Origin: a virus
Length of the DNA stretch: 64,000 nucleotides
IMG/VR virus record: IMGVR_UViG_3300022752_000035
Span: 31,985-95,984 of that record
Reading direction: 5' to 3' (one strand)
The notes under the pieces were generated by a model. That model saw nothing but the letters and a program-made list of their open reading frames with translations. It was not told the DNA's origin and made no database searches. Below, piece after piece: positions 8,385 through 18,400 of this stretch. The stretch's first letter is position 1. Every line of letters starts with the position of its first letter. A program made the position numbers and the translations under genes.

Positions 8385-10905
8385 TTTTGTTAATTCATTT
8401 AGTAAAATTGATTTACCTTTATATGGAGTAAGACTGCCAGAATTTAAAGTCAAGACAGAACATAAAAGTAATCTAGGCTTATCAGAAGACGCATCAAATA
8501 CAGAGTTTTTAAAAAAATTAGCTTATTCTAACTTACCAACTGGTAAAGAATATAAGAAGAGATTAGACCATGAATTTGAAATCATAGAAGATTTGGGGTT
8601 TATTGATTATATAATTCTTGTTTGGCTAGTTATTAATTATTGTAAAGAAAATAAAATACCAACAGGATTAGGAAGAGGAAGTGCCGCTGGCAGTTTAATT
8701 TTATATCTTATTGGGGTTACAAAGATTGATCCTATTAAACATAATCTTTATTTTGAAAGATTTATATCTAAGATTAGAGCTAAAAAGCAAGTTGTTGATG
8801 GGGTAACATACTTAGATGGTAGTTTAATGTGTGACGTAGATTTGGATATCTGCTATTATAATAGACATAAAGTTATAGATTTCTTGAATCAAATATTTCC
8901 TAATAGAATTAGTAAAATTTTAACATTTAACACTTTGAGTGGAAAACTATTAATTAAAGAGTGCGGAAAAATAGTTGATGAAAAAAGTGAAACAGAAATG
9001 ACAGGAGTCAGTTCTCTTATCCCAAAAATATTCGGACAAGTTAAAGATATTTCAGAAGCATATGAAGAAGTGGAAAAATTTAAAGAATGGTGCGATGAAA
9101 ATTCAGAAATATATAGCATAGCCTTAAAACTTCGTAATCTTATTAAAAATAAAGGAGTACATCCTTCTGGTGTTCAAATTTCCCATAGTCCATTATCAGA
9201 AACTTGCCCATTAGAATTATCTTCTGATAAAGAATCAGTTAGTGCATTTGATATGAATGATATAAGTCAATTTAATGTCAAATTAGATTTGCTAGGATTA
9301 AGAAGCGTTTCAGTAGTTTATGATGTATGTAGTATGATTAATAAAAATATTGAAGATATAGATATTGAAGATAATTTTATATATCAGCAATTACAAGACC
9401 TTAGAAGTCCTCATGGTTTATTCCAGATCGAAGCAGATACTAATTTTAAAGTATGCAGAAAAGTTAGACCTAGAAATTCAGAAGAATTAAGTGCTGTATT
9501 AGCACTTGCTAGACCTGGAGCTTTGCAGTTTGTAGATCAATATGCTAAATATGTTGAAACAGGAGAGTTTCAATCTATTCATCCATTTTTTGATGATATT
9601 TTGAAAAGAACTGGTGGAGTAGCACTTTATCAAGAGCAATTGATGCAAATGGCTCATAAGATTGGATTCACACTAGATGAAGCAGAAATTCTTAGAAGAA
9701 TTGTAGGAAAGAAAAAGGTTGAAGAAATTAAAGCGTGGAAAGAAAAGATTGAAAAGAAATGCGCAAAGAATAATTTACCAAAAGAAGTAGGAGAGGTTTT
9801 GTGGAAAATTTTAGAAGATTCTGCCAACTATTCATTTAACGCAAGCCATAGTCAAAGTTATGCAGCTTTGGCAGCAATTACAATCTATCTTAAATTTAAA
9901 TATCCTAAAGAGTTCTTCTTGTCTTTATTAAAGATGACAAGATTTGAACCAGATCCAATTAATGAAATTTCTAAAATACATAAAGAAATGGATTTATTTA
10001 ATATCAAGTTATTGCCACCTCATATCGTAAAATCTGAAATGGATTTCAGCGTAGAAGAGAAAGATATTAGATTTGGATTATTATCAATTAAAGGTATTTC
10101 TGATAAATCAATAGAAAGACTAAATAATTTTAGGAATAAATATGCTACAAAATTTGATGTATTTAAATCTGCTCAACAAGCTAAATTATCTATTAGAGTT
10201 TTATCACCTTTGATTCAAGCTGGAGCATTGGAAAATTTTAAACAATCAAGAAGCAAAGTCGTGTTGGAAGCCCAATTATGGAATATACTTAATCAAAATG
10301 AACAAAAATATGCTATGACATATGGCGAAAAGTTTGATTATGATTTATTCAAAATAATTAAATTTTTAAATACTACAAAAGATGAAAAAGGTAAATTTAT
10401 TATTAAAGAAAGTAGATTAGACACAATAAGAAAAGCTTATGCTCCATATAAAAAGATTTATGAACAAAATAGTAAAAATGAAAGATTTGCGAATTGGTAT
10501 TATGAGAATAAATTGCTGGGTTATACATATAATACAACATTAAAAGATATTTTCTCAGATCAAAAACCAGATCTCCTTAATATAAGAGAAGTAAATGAGG
10601 CTCCAGAAGGTTTACCTGTATTATTTATTGGTGTTATAAAAGATCAATATCTTGGAATAGCTAATAATAGTAAAAAGACTAGATATTTAAGACTTAATGT
10701 GCAAGATGAAACATCCACAATTAATGCTCTTATATTTAATGATAAGATAGAAGAATGCAAAGAGATGAATAATCATTTACCTGATGAAAATAATATAGTT
10801 ATAATAAGAGGTAGAAAAAAGAGCGAAGATTCTGTCTTTGCAGATTTAATAGCTGTTCAAGACCATAAGATATTTATGAAACTTGGAGAAATTAAAGAAA
10901 AATAA
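8365..10905 (+). CDS. dnaE: DNA polymerase III alpha catalytic subunit lacking PHP
   Basis: GRGSAAGSL, LYFERF, catalytic DVDLD, GVHPSG, KLDLLGL, RPG, YQEQ, YSFNASH, IRFGLLSIKGI, C-terminal OB fold. Confidence 0.93.
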   Translation: MMTKTFDFVNSFSKIDLPLYGVRLPEFKVKTEHKSNLGLSEDASNTEFLKKLAYSNLPTGKEYKKRLDHEFEIIEDLGFIDYIILVWLVINYCKENKIPTGLGRGSAAGSLILYLIGVTKIDPIKHNLYFERFISKIRAKKQVVDGVTYLDGSLMCDVDLDICYYNRHKVIDFLNQIFPNRISKILTFNTLSGKLLIKECGKIVDEKSETEMTGVSSLIPKIFGQVKDISEAYEEVEKFKEWCDENSEIYSIALKLRNLIKNKGVHPSGVQISHSPLSETCPLELSSDKESVSAFDMNDISQFNVKLDLLGLRSVSVVYDVCSMINKNIEDIDIEDNFIYQQLQDLRSPHGLFQIEADTNFKVCRKVRPRNSEELSAVLALARPGALQFVDQYAKYVETGEFQSIHPFFDDILKRTGGVALYQEQLMQMAHKIGFTLDEAEILRRIVGKKKVEEIKAWKEKIEKKCAKNNLPKEVGEVLWKILEDSANYSFNASHSQSYAALAAITIYLKFKYPKEFFLSLLKMTRFEPDPINEISKIHKEMDLFNIKLLPPHIVKSEMDFSVEEKDIRFGLLSIKGISDKSIERLNNFRNKYATKFDVFKSAQQAKLSIRVLSPLIQAGALENFKQSRSKVVLEAQLWNILNQNEQKYAMTYGEKFDYDLFKIIKFLNTTKDEKGKFIIKESRLDTIRKAYAPYKKIYEQNSKNERFANWYYENKLLGYTYNTTLKDIFSDQKPDLLNIREVNEAPEGLPVLFIGVIKDQYLGIANNSKKTRYLRLNVQDETSTINALIFNDKIEECKEMNNHLPDENNIVIIRGRKKSEDSVFADLIAVQDHKIFMKLGEIKEK

Positions 10906-10906
10906 C

Positions 10907-10935
10907 TTGATTTATTAATTAAGTAATGATAATAT
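10907..10935 (+). promoter_or_regulatory. sigma70-type promoter (leaderless)
   Basis: TTGATT-17-TAATAT; ATG 7 nt after the -10. Confidence 0.5.
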
Positions 10936-10942
10936 ATAATAT

Positions 10943-11527
10943 ATGATACAAATTTATAAACCCACACCTCGCAATACTGGCACAGCTTGTAGCTTTTCTT
11001 TTAATAATCTTGATGGTAATTTTTATTTAAATTTAATTAAACAAGCCTCTTGGAATGATCAAAAAAAGATAGGTAGTTTTTCGGAAAACGCTCAAAATCC
11101 AGAGAAAAAAGTGGTCGTTAAATTATCTAAAATAGAGGTTTGTGGTATTTTGGATGCACTAGATCATAATAGAAACGCAGATTTTTTTCATAATTCAGAA
11201 AACCAAAAGCTAGGAATTAAGTTCTCTCCATATATTAGAGAAGAAAAGCAAATTGGTTTTAGTTTGAATGTAATCAAAAACTCAAAAATGCAAACTGCAC
11301 AACCAGCGGTTAGTTTTCTTATTGGTTTTACTTTTGCAGAAGCTAGGCTAATTGCAGAATATATCAAGTTCGGATTAGGTCATATTTTCTCAACAGAGAG
11401 AAGCGAAGAGATTAAAAAATTAAAAAACGCTAAAAGCAAAGCTATAGAAAATAAAAAACAAAAAGACGAAGTTGAAGATACAATAGAAGAAGGTAATTTA
11501 TCTGAACAAGAAGACGATCTTTGGTAA
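10943..11527 (+). CDS. putative ssDNA-binding protein (Whirly/PC4-like) with acidic tail
   Basis: Two beta-strand/helix repeats (VKLSKIEVCGI; GFTFAEARLI), acidic C-terminus EQEDDLW, replication context. Confidence 0.45.
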   Translation: MIQIYKPTPRNTGTACSFSFNNLDGNFYLNLIKQASWNDQKKIGSFSENAQNPEKKVVVKLSKIEVCGILDALDHNRNADFFHNSENQKLGIKFSPYIREEKQIGFSLNVIKNSKMQTAQPAVSFLIGFTFAEARLIAEYIKFGLGHIFSTERSEEIKKLKNAKSKAIENKKQKDEVEDTIEEGNLSEQEDDLW

Positions 11528-11532
11528 AAATA

Positions 11533-13452
11533 ATGCGTAAGAAGATCGTTTTTCAATCTGACTTCGCTTTGGCTAAGACAGGCTTTGGTAGAAATTCTAA
11601 AGCTATACTTAAATATTTATATAAAACTGGTAAATATGATATTGTACATTATTGTTGTGGTATGCAGAAAGGCAATAATCAATTAGATAGAACTCCTTGG
11701 AAAAGTTGCGGTTCATTACCAAATACTCAAAAAGAAGTAGAAAAATTAAATAAAGATCCTCATTTGGCTAGAATGGCAAGTTATGGGGCTTATCTTTTAG
11801 ACGAAGTTATTAAAGAAGAAAAGCCAGACGTTTATATTGCTGTCCAAGATATTTGGGGAGTAGATTTTGCGATAGATAAGCCTTGGTTTAATAAAATTAA
11901 TTCTGTTATTTGGACAACTCTTGATTCTTTGCCAATTTTAGATTCAGCAGTTAAATGCGCTCCAAAAGTTAAAAATTATTGGATATGGAGCGATTTTGCA
12001 ACACAAGCTCTTCACAAATTAGGTCACAAACATGTACAAACTGTTCACGGAGCATTAGATACGCAAAATTTCTATAGATTATCAGATGAAGAAAAGGATA
12101 ATTTACGAACAAAGTTTAATATAGAAAAAGATAAATTCTTAGTTGGTTTCGTATTTAGAAATCAATTACGCAAAAGCGTTCCAAATTTGCTCGAAGGATA
12201 TTCAATCTGGAAAAAAGAAAATAACATAAAAAATGCTGGCTTACTTTTACATACTCATTTTAGCGAAGGTTGGAATATCATGAAGCTCGCTGAAGAATAT
12301 GGAATAGACAAAAAAGAAATATATACAACATATATATGCAAATCTTGTGGAAATTATGAAGTCAAAAATTTTACAGGTCAAGATATAGATTGTAATTTTT
12401 GTAATAATAAAAAATCACAAACTACCACTAACGTATCAATAGGAGTAACAGAAGAACAGCTGAATGAGGTATATAACTTAATGGATGTATATTGTCATCC
12501 ATTTACGAGCGGAGGTCAAGAGATCCCAATTCAAGAAGCTAAACTTACAGAATTAATTACTTTAGTTACTAATTATAGTTGCGGAGAAGAAATGTGCAAA
12601 GATGAAGCTGCAAGTTTTGCGTTAGAATGGGCAGAGTATAGAGAACATGGAACAGAGTTTATAAAAGCTTCTACATATCCAAAATCTATAGCAGAAAATT
12701 TAAATAAAGTATATAAAATGTCAAAAGAAGATAGAGTAAAGTATGGCAAAAAAGCTAGACGATGGACAATAGATAATTATTCTGTAGAGATAATAGGTAA
12801 AAAAATAGAAGAATTTATAGATTCTTGCTCTTTCATTGATAAAGCTTTCTCTTTCAAGATAGAAGAAAAAGATCCATACCATTCTGTCCCTGAGATTAAA
12901 GATGATGGAGCGTGGGTAAAATATTTATACGAAAATATTTTAAAAACTAAAAATATTCCATCAGAAGATGAAGGTTATAAATATTGGATGGCAGAATTAC
13001 AAAAGGGAACAAAAAGAATTGATATAGAAAATTATTTTCGTCAAGTAGCATTACAAGATAATAATAAAAATAAACAAATTTCTTTTGAAGATCTTCTAGA
13101 TAAAGATGATGCTGGCAAAAGAATATTATATGTTATGCCAGAAAGTATTGGAGATGTATTTTTATCTACAAGTTTATTTAGATCTATTAAAGATCAATAT
13201 CCAAACCATAATCTTTATGTCGCTACAAAATCAGATTATTTCGATGTTTTAGAAGCCAATCCATATATACATAAAGTTATAGAATATATATCTCAAATGG
13301 ATAGTCTTCCTTGGCTGGAGGGAATCAGTACTCATAAAGGTTACTTTGATATTGCATTTTTACCTTATGCTCAAACTCAAAGATTCTTAACATATTTACA
13401 TAATGGTAAAACAAATATAGCTTATAAGGATTATAAATATGCATCTAGTTGA
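11533..13452 (+). CDS. GT-B (GT4-like) glycosyltransferase with Zn-ribbon insert and a C-terminal GT9-like N-lobe
   Basis: TGFGR, RNQLRK, YNLMDVYCHPFTSGGQEIPIQEA; CKSC..CNFC; C-terminal ESIGDVFLSTSLFRSIKDQYP...LEANPYIHKVI. Confidence 0.8.
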   Translation: MRKKIVFQSDFALAKTGFGRNSKAILKYLYKTGKYDIVHYCCGMQKGNNQLDRTPWKSCGSLPNTQKEVEKLNKDPHLARMASYGAYLLDEVIKEEKPDVYIAVQDIWGVDFAIDKPWFNKINSVIWTTLDSLPILDSAVKCAPKVKNYWIWSDFATQALHKLGHKHVQTVHGALDTQNFYRLSDEEKDNLRTKFNIEKDKFLVGFVFRNQLRKSVPNLLEGYSIWKKENNIKNAGLLLHTHFSEGWNIMKLAEEYGIDKKEIYTTYICKSCGNYEVKNFTGQDIDCNFCNNKKSQTTTNVSIGVTEEQLNEVYNLMDVYCHPFTSGGQEIPIQEAKLTELITLVTNYSCGEEMCKDEAASFALEWAEYREHGTEFIKASTYPKSIAENLNKVYKMSKEDRVKYGKKARRWTIDNYSVEIIGKKIEEFIDSCSFIDKAFSFKIEEKDPYHSVPEIKDDGAWVKYLYENILKTKNIPSEDEGYKYWMAELQKGTKRIDIENYFRQVALQDNNKNKQISFEDLLDKDDAGKRILYVMPESIGDVFLSTSLFRSIKDQYPNHNLYVATKSDYFDVLEANPYIHKVIEYISQMDSLPWLEGISTHKGYFDIAFLPYAQTQRFLTYLHNGKTNIAYKDYKYASS

Positions 13453-14617
13453 AACATATGCTCTTAATTGCGGCTTAAAAATTGATAAGCCATTTATATA
13501 TGAAAAATATTGTCCAATTCCATTTGATAAATATATATCATTCCAACCATGCAGTAAATATACATCAAAAAGTTATGATTATTGGCAAGAAGTTATTAAT
13601 CAAATTTTACCACAACTTAATGAAAAAAATATTCACATTATTCAAATAGGTGGTAAAGATGAAAAACCAATAGAAAATTGTTATCATCTTCAAGGAAAAA
13701 CAAATATTAATCAAGCGGCTTATATTATAAAAAGAGGATTGTTGCATTTTGGTGCCGATAGTTTTGGAGTCCATGTAGCAAGTTATTATGATAAACCAAT
13801 TGTTGCATTATATTCTAATAGTAGACCAGAAAATGCTGGTCCATATTTTAGCTCTAAAGATAACATTAAAATTTTGGAGATAGACAAAAAAAATAGAAAG
13901 CCAAGTTATTCAGCCGAAGAATCTCCAAAAACTATTAATGAAATCGATCCAATAGATATAGCAAATGCAGTTTTAAGATTTTTAGATTTAAATAAAATTA
14001 ATATAAAAACAGTTCATTTGGGTGATGATTACAATAGAAAACTAATTGAATCTGTACCTAATGCAATTATAGCAGATATATCGAAATTAGGAGTTAATTC
14101 TTTGATCATGAGAATGGATTATGAATTTAATGAAGAAGTTCTAGAAGAGCAATTAAAAAGAAATAATTGCTCAATTGTAACATCTAAACTAATTAAATAT
14201 GATATATTAAATAAATATAAAGATAATATTTCTCAAATTATTTATAATATAGATGAAAATCATGATGTTGATTTTGTAAAAAACCTCAAGAAATTAGGCA
14301 AACCATTTGTAACTTCTAGCTTCTTATCTGAAGATTTTATAGAATCAATCAAATTAGAATATATGGATTTCTGTCAAATTTTAAAGTTAAATAAAACTAC
14401 AAAAAAAGACGTTAAGAATTTAAAAGAAAATATTAATAATTTATATTATAAATGTAATAAAATTACAATTAGTCAAGGTAAAATATATAATTCTAAAGCA
14501 GCTTATTTAAATAATATTGAATTTCAACATAAACCTATAAAAATTATAGATATACCAGAATTTTGGGAAGAAGCTAAATACTTCTATCTTTTCGAGTTGA
14601 CAAAAGATCAAATTTAA
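13439..14617 (+). CDS. GT9 (heptosyltransferase-like) C-lobe protein
   Basis: KSYDYWQEVI, IIQIGG, LQGKTNINQAAYII, GADSFGVHVAS..KPIVALYS. Confidence 0.78.
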   Translation: MHLVETYALNCGLKIDKPFIYEKYCPIPFDKYISFQPCSKYTSKSYDYWQEVINQILPQLNEKNIHIIQIGGKDEKPIENCYHLQGKTNINQAAYIIKRGLLHFGADSFGVHVASYYDKPIVALYSNSRPENAGPYFSSKDNIKILEIDKKNRKPSYSAEESPKTINEIDPIDIANAVLRFLDLNKINIKTVHLGDDYNRKLIESVPNAIIADISKLGVNSLIMRMDYEFNEEVLEEQLKRNNCSIVTSKLIKYDILNKYKDNISQIIYNIDENHDVDFVKNLKKLGKPFVTSSFLSEDFIESIKLEYMDFCQILKLNKTTKKDVKNLKENINNLYYKCNKITISQGKIYNSKAAYLNNIEFQHKPIKIIDIPEFWEEAKYFYLFELTKDQI

Positions 14618-14625
14618 AGTATGAT
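14597..14625 (+). promoter_or_regulatory. sigma70-type promoter (leaderless)
   Basis: TTGACA-17-TATGAT; ATG 6 nt after the -10. Confidence 0.78.
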
Positions 14626-14631
14626 TCACTA

Positions 14632-15420
14632 ATGGAAGAATCAATTTCAATTAATAGTTCAGAACTTAATAAAATTACTTCAATCACAGATAATAGCCTT
14701 ATGAATGAATCAAAAGTCGTACCACCAAAGCTCTTTATAAGAAATAATTATGGTTTATTAGAAAATGATAATATTAATTATGTATTTAATGATGATGGAT
14801 CTATTAATTGGAGAGCTATGGTTAAAAGTCAATATCTTGTACCTAATCGTCAAAGGACACAAGAAACAGATGTATCTAAATTAGAAGATAAAGATTTGCT
14901 TATTCTTCTTGGCGGTATTAAAGAGCTCGCTCAAATCAGAGGTTTTACAAGCGTTGAATATAATGTAGTTACAGCAACAGATAATTATTTTGCTACATCT
15001 TGTAGAATTACTTGGATTCCAAATTACGAAACAGAAAATCGCCCAGTTGTATTTGAAGCGCTTGCAGATGCTTCTCTAGTCAATACTAAAGATTTTGCTC
15101 GTTATTTTTTAGCAGCGATTGCAGAGAATAGAGCTTTTGTTCGTTGTGTACGTAATTTCCTAAAAATTAACATTGTATCACAAGAAGAGCTAGGTGATGC
15201 AAAGTTGGGTCTTGTAGCCAAAGAAGATGCTGAAAAAGAAAATCCAATGAATCCCACTGTTTTATTGGAGAGAATTATGCAAGAAAAAAATATTTCTTTT
15301 GAAATTCTAAAGAAAAAACTTATTAAAGAAAAATTTGATGGTGCAGATAGTTTCAATTCAATAAAAGATGTTCCAAAAAGTAAAGTTTTTGAATTGATAG
15401 AGAGACTTAAAAAAATCTAA
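14632..15420 (+). CDS. Rad52/Sak-like ssDNA annealing protein (putative)
   Basis: GGIKELA...EALADA...AIAENRAFVRCVRNFL resembles the Rad52-fold 'A.T.A..RA.R' helix. Confidence 0.5.
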   Translation: MEESISINSSELNKITSITDNSLMNESKVVPPKLFIRNNYGLLENDNINYVFNDDGSINWRAMVKSQYLVPNRQRTQETDVSKLEDKDLLILLGGIKELAQIRGFTSVEYNVVTATDNYFATSCRITWIPNYETENRPVVFEALADASLVNTKDFARYFLAAIAENRAFVRCVRNFLKINIVSQEELGDAKLGLVAKEDAEKENPMNPTVLLERIMQEKNISFEILKKKLIKEKFDGADSFNSIKDVPKSKVFELIERLKKI

Positions 15421-18400
15421 GTTTTAACACATAAAACTCCGCCACTTAACCAAACTCCTCCTTTCGGAATAAATGAATTCGTTGTTGGAAGTTTTGTCAA
15501 ATCAAAAACTATTGGTGAATGATTTGGATCTTGACCAGTTATATAAATTCCATTAGCAAAATTCAAAAACAATGTATTTTCTTGAGATATGTTTTTTACT
15601 CCAGTTGAAGCATCACTTAATACAATTGACCCAGAATTTTTAATGGTTATATTTTTTCCTAGAGCATTACTATAAGAACCACTGATTAAATTATTTGTTC
15701 CACCTAAAACGTTAGAGTATGTACCAGATACTATATTTAAACTGCCACCAAGAATAGAAGAAAAAGAATCGCTATAAATGTTATTATTATTGACGATTAA
15801 ATTACCTGATCCTCCTACGATATTAGTATATTGTAAATTTCCAGTTACTAGATTATTACTTCCCCCTAATACTGTACAAAATGCACTTTTTGGATATTGG
15901 TCATTAGGATTAAAAATATCTATAATTTTATTTGATCGTCCACCAGGAATTAAATTAAAATCTCCTATGATAGTATTATTAACTCCTCCAGCTATACTAG
16001 ATACAAGACCTTTGATATAGTTTCCAGTTCCACCACCTATAGTGGAACTTCCAATATCACTGAATCCAAAAGCGCCTAATCTTGCATAATTGAATGTACT
16101 TAATACAGATTTAGCAATGTTTAAATCTTTTTCCAAATCAGAAGCTATATATTCATATATTAAACCAGTCATTTGGTTCACAGATAATGGAGCAGATAAA
16201 CTAAAAGAAAATCCATCGTTTCCTGTATTGCTAATATTATGCAAATATATTTCGTCTAAAGATGAATAAGCTCTTCCAAAAATTTTTGGAGAAAGATTAA
16301 ATTTATCAATAAATTTAATATTTATATCTCCAGTAAATGATGCACTATTATCAATTAATATATTTTGTTGGACATCAAAAAGACCAGATCCAGTATTAGA
16401 AAATATTATATAGTTAATTTTTATTCTATCTCCTGTAGCAATATTGTCTGATAATTGTATATTTAATCCAGTTTGATAAATATTTTTCAACCTTTGCAAA
16501 TAAATATTATCATTATTTATATTTTCTATAGACAAAAAGACTTTTGGTGAATCATAATTTAAATAATTATTAAAATTTATATTTAATTCATTATTTAAAA
16601 ACCCCGTGTATGTCAAAGAATTAACATTTATCTTGGTGTTATCTATATTAAATTCTCCAGTTCTATATATAGAGACATTAACTTGCGCATCTTGATCAAT
16701 AGGTCTAGAAGTATGGAAATAAAAACCTGTTGAACTTTTTCCTGAAATAAAATGAGAGTAAATATTTTTAGAAGAATTTCCACTTTGAATAATATTACAT
16801 AATGGCGCATATCCAGTATCCAAAATGCCAGATAATAAATTTATATAAAGAAGATTTTCTCCAGATTTTAATCCTGTTTGATAAACTTGTATATTTTCTC
16901 CAGAGTATTTCCCAGTAAATCCTAAAGAATTGATATTTATATAATGATTGTTGTCTTTTAACTCTGCGCTTAAAGTCAACCTTAAATCTGAAGTATTACC
17001 AGATATAGCTCCCAGAGGAAACCAATTTATATTATTATCGTATATATTAAAAAAGTTAATTCCTTTTCTTTCCAAAGGAATATCATATCTATACCCTGTT
17101 CCAGTAATTAATTTTTGGAAAGGATATACTTTATTAATTTCTAAATGTACTCCATCATTCAATTCTGCACCAGTAAAAAATCCTTTAATTCCAACGAAAT
17201 AATCAAGCAAAACATTTTCTTCTAAAACATTTGGAAAATCTATATAAAACCCAGTTCTATTTAATCCACTTATGTTTATAGATTTATAAACTCCATTATT
17301 TCCAATTAGATTAGGCATGATTATTAATTCGTTTGAATTAACAAAAGGTTGAGTAAAATTAATTTTATAAGTTTTTGATCCTAAATTTAATCCAGTTCTT
17401 TCCGTTTTAAATTCGCAGACACTATTTCCCGTTCCTATAAATGATCCAGAATAAAGATTGGGAGATAGAAGACTGATCCAATTATATATCTTTATTTTAT
17501 TATCGTTATTAATATTTGGATATACATCTAAAACATAATCAATTGTAGTGATATCAGAAATTTTATCTACTTTATAAATATTATTATTACTTTCTATATT
17601 AGTAAGAATCGCTAGTTCATCTGTAAATAATTGAGATGGATATTCTATTAAATATATATCAGCTTCATTATTAATATTTTTAATAAACATTTGATTCGCT
17701 ATAGATGAAAGACCAGTTGAAGTTGCATCAATTGTATTTCCAAATCCCCCAACTATATTACAAAAAGACCCTAATAATGTATTGTTTTCTCCACCGCCAA
17801 TCGTTGAATTATCACTAAAAAAAGATTTTACTGTAGAAATTACATTATTTTTTCCAGCGATAATACTAGATCTTCTTGATCCACTGATCAAATTATTTGT
17901 TCCAAATATAAATACATTGTCAGTTTTTTTATCTATTTTATTATTTATTCCTAAAGCTACAGAAGAATCAGCCTCAACAATATTATTTGCATTTTTTATA
18001 TTTTTAGAAGTAGTTACTACTCCAGATAAAGGCCCCAAAATATCTAAACCTTGACCATCAAACTTAATATATCCGTCTTCATTGCCAACTCTAAATTTTG
18101 GTTTATTAAAATTATATCTATTATCATAACCTAAATAAAATCCACTGCCTTCATCAACATTTTTGTCATTTACAGTTTTAATATAGCCACTTAATATACC
18201 TTCTTGGCCTATATTTAAAGCGTTGGTTATATTTGATTCTTCAGCTAATAATATCTGAGTTGCGGTTGCAGCAAATTCATTAGTGAATGGTATCCAATTT
18301 GGATTTCCAGCTTGAGGCTCAGAGTCTATATTAGTATAAGCTGCATACCAATGATTGACTCCTTCTCTTGAATATTTTACAACATCTCTTCTTAAATTAC

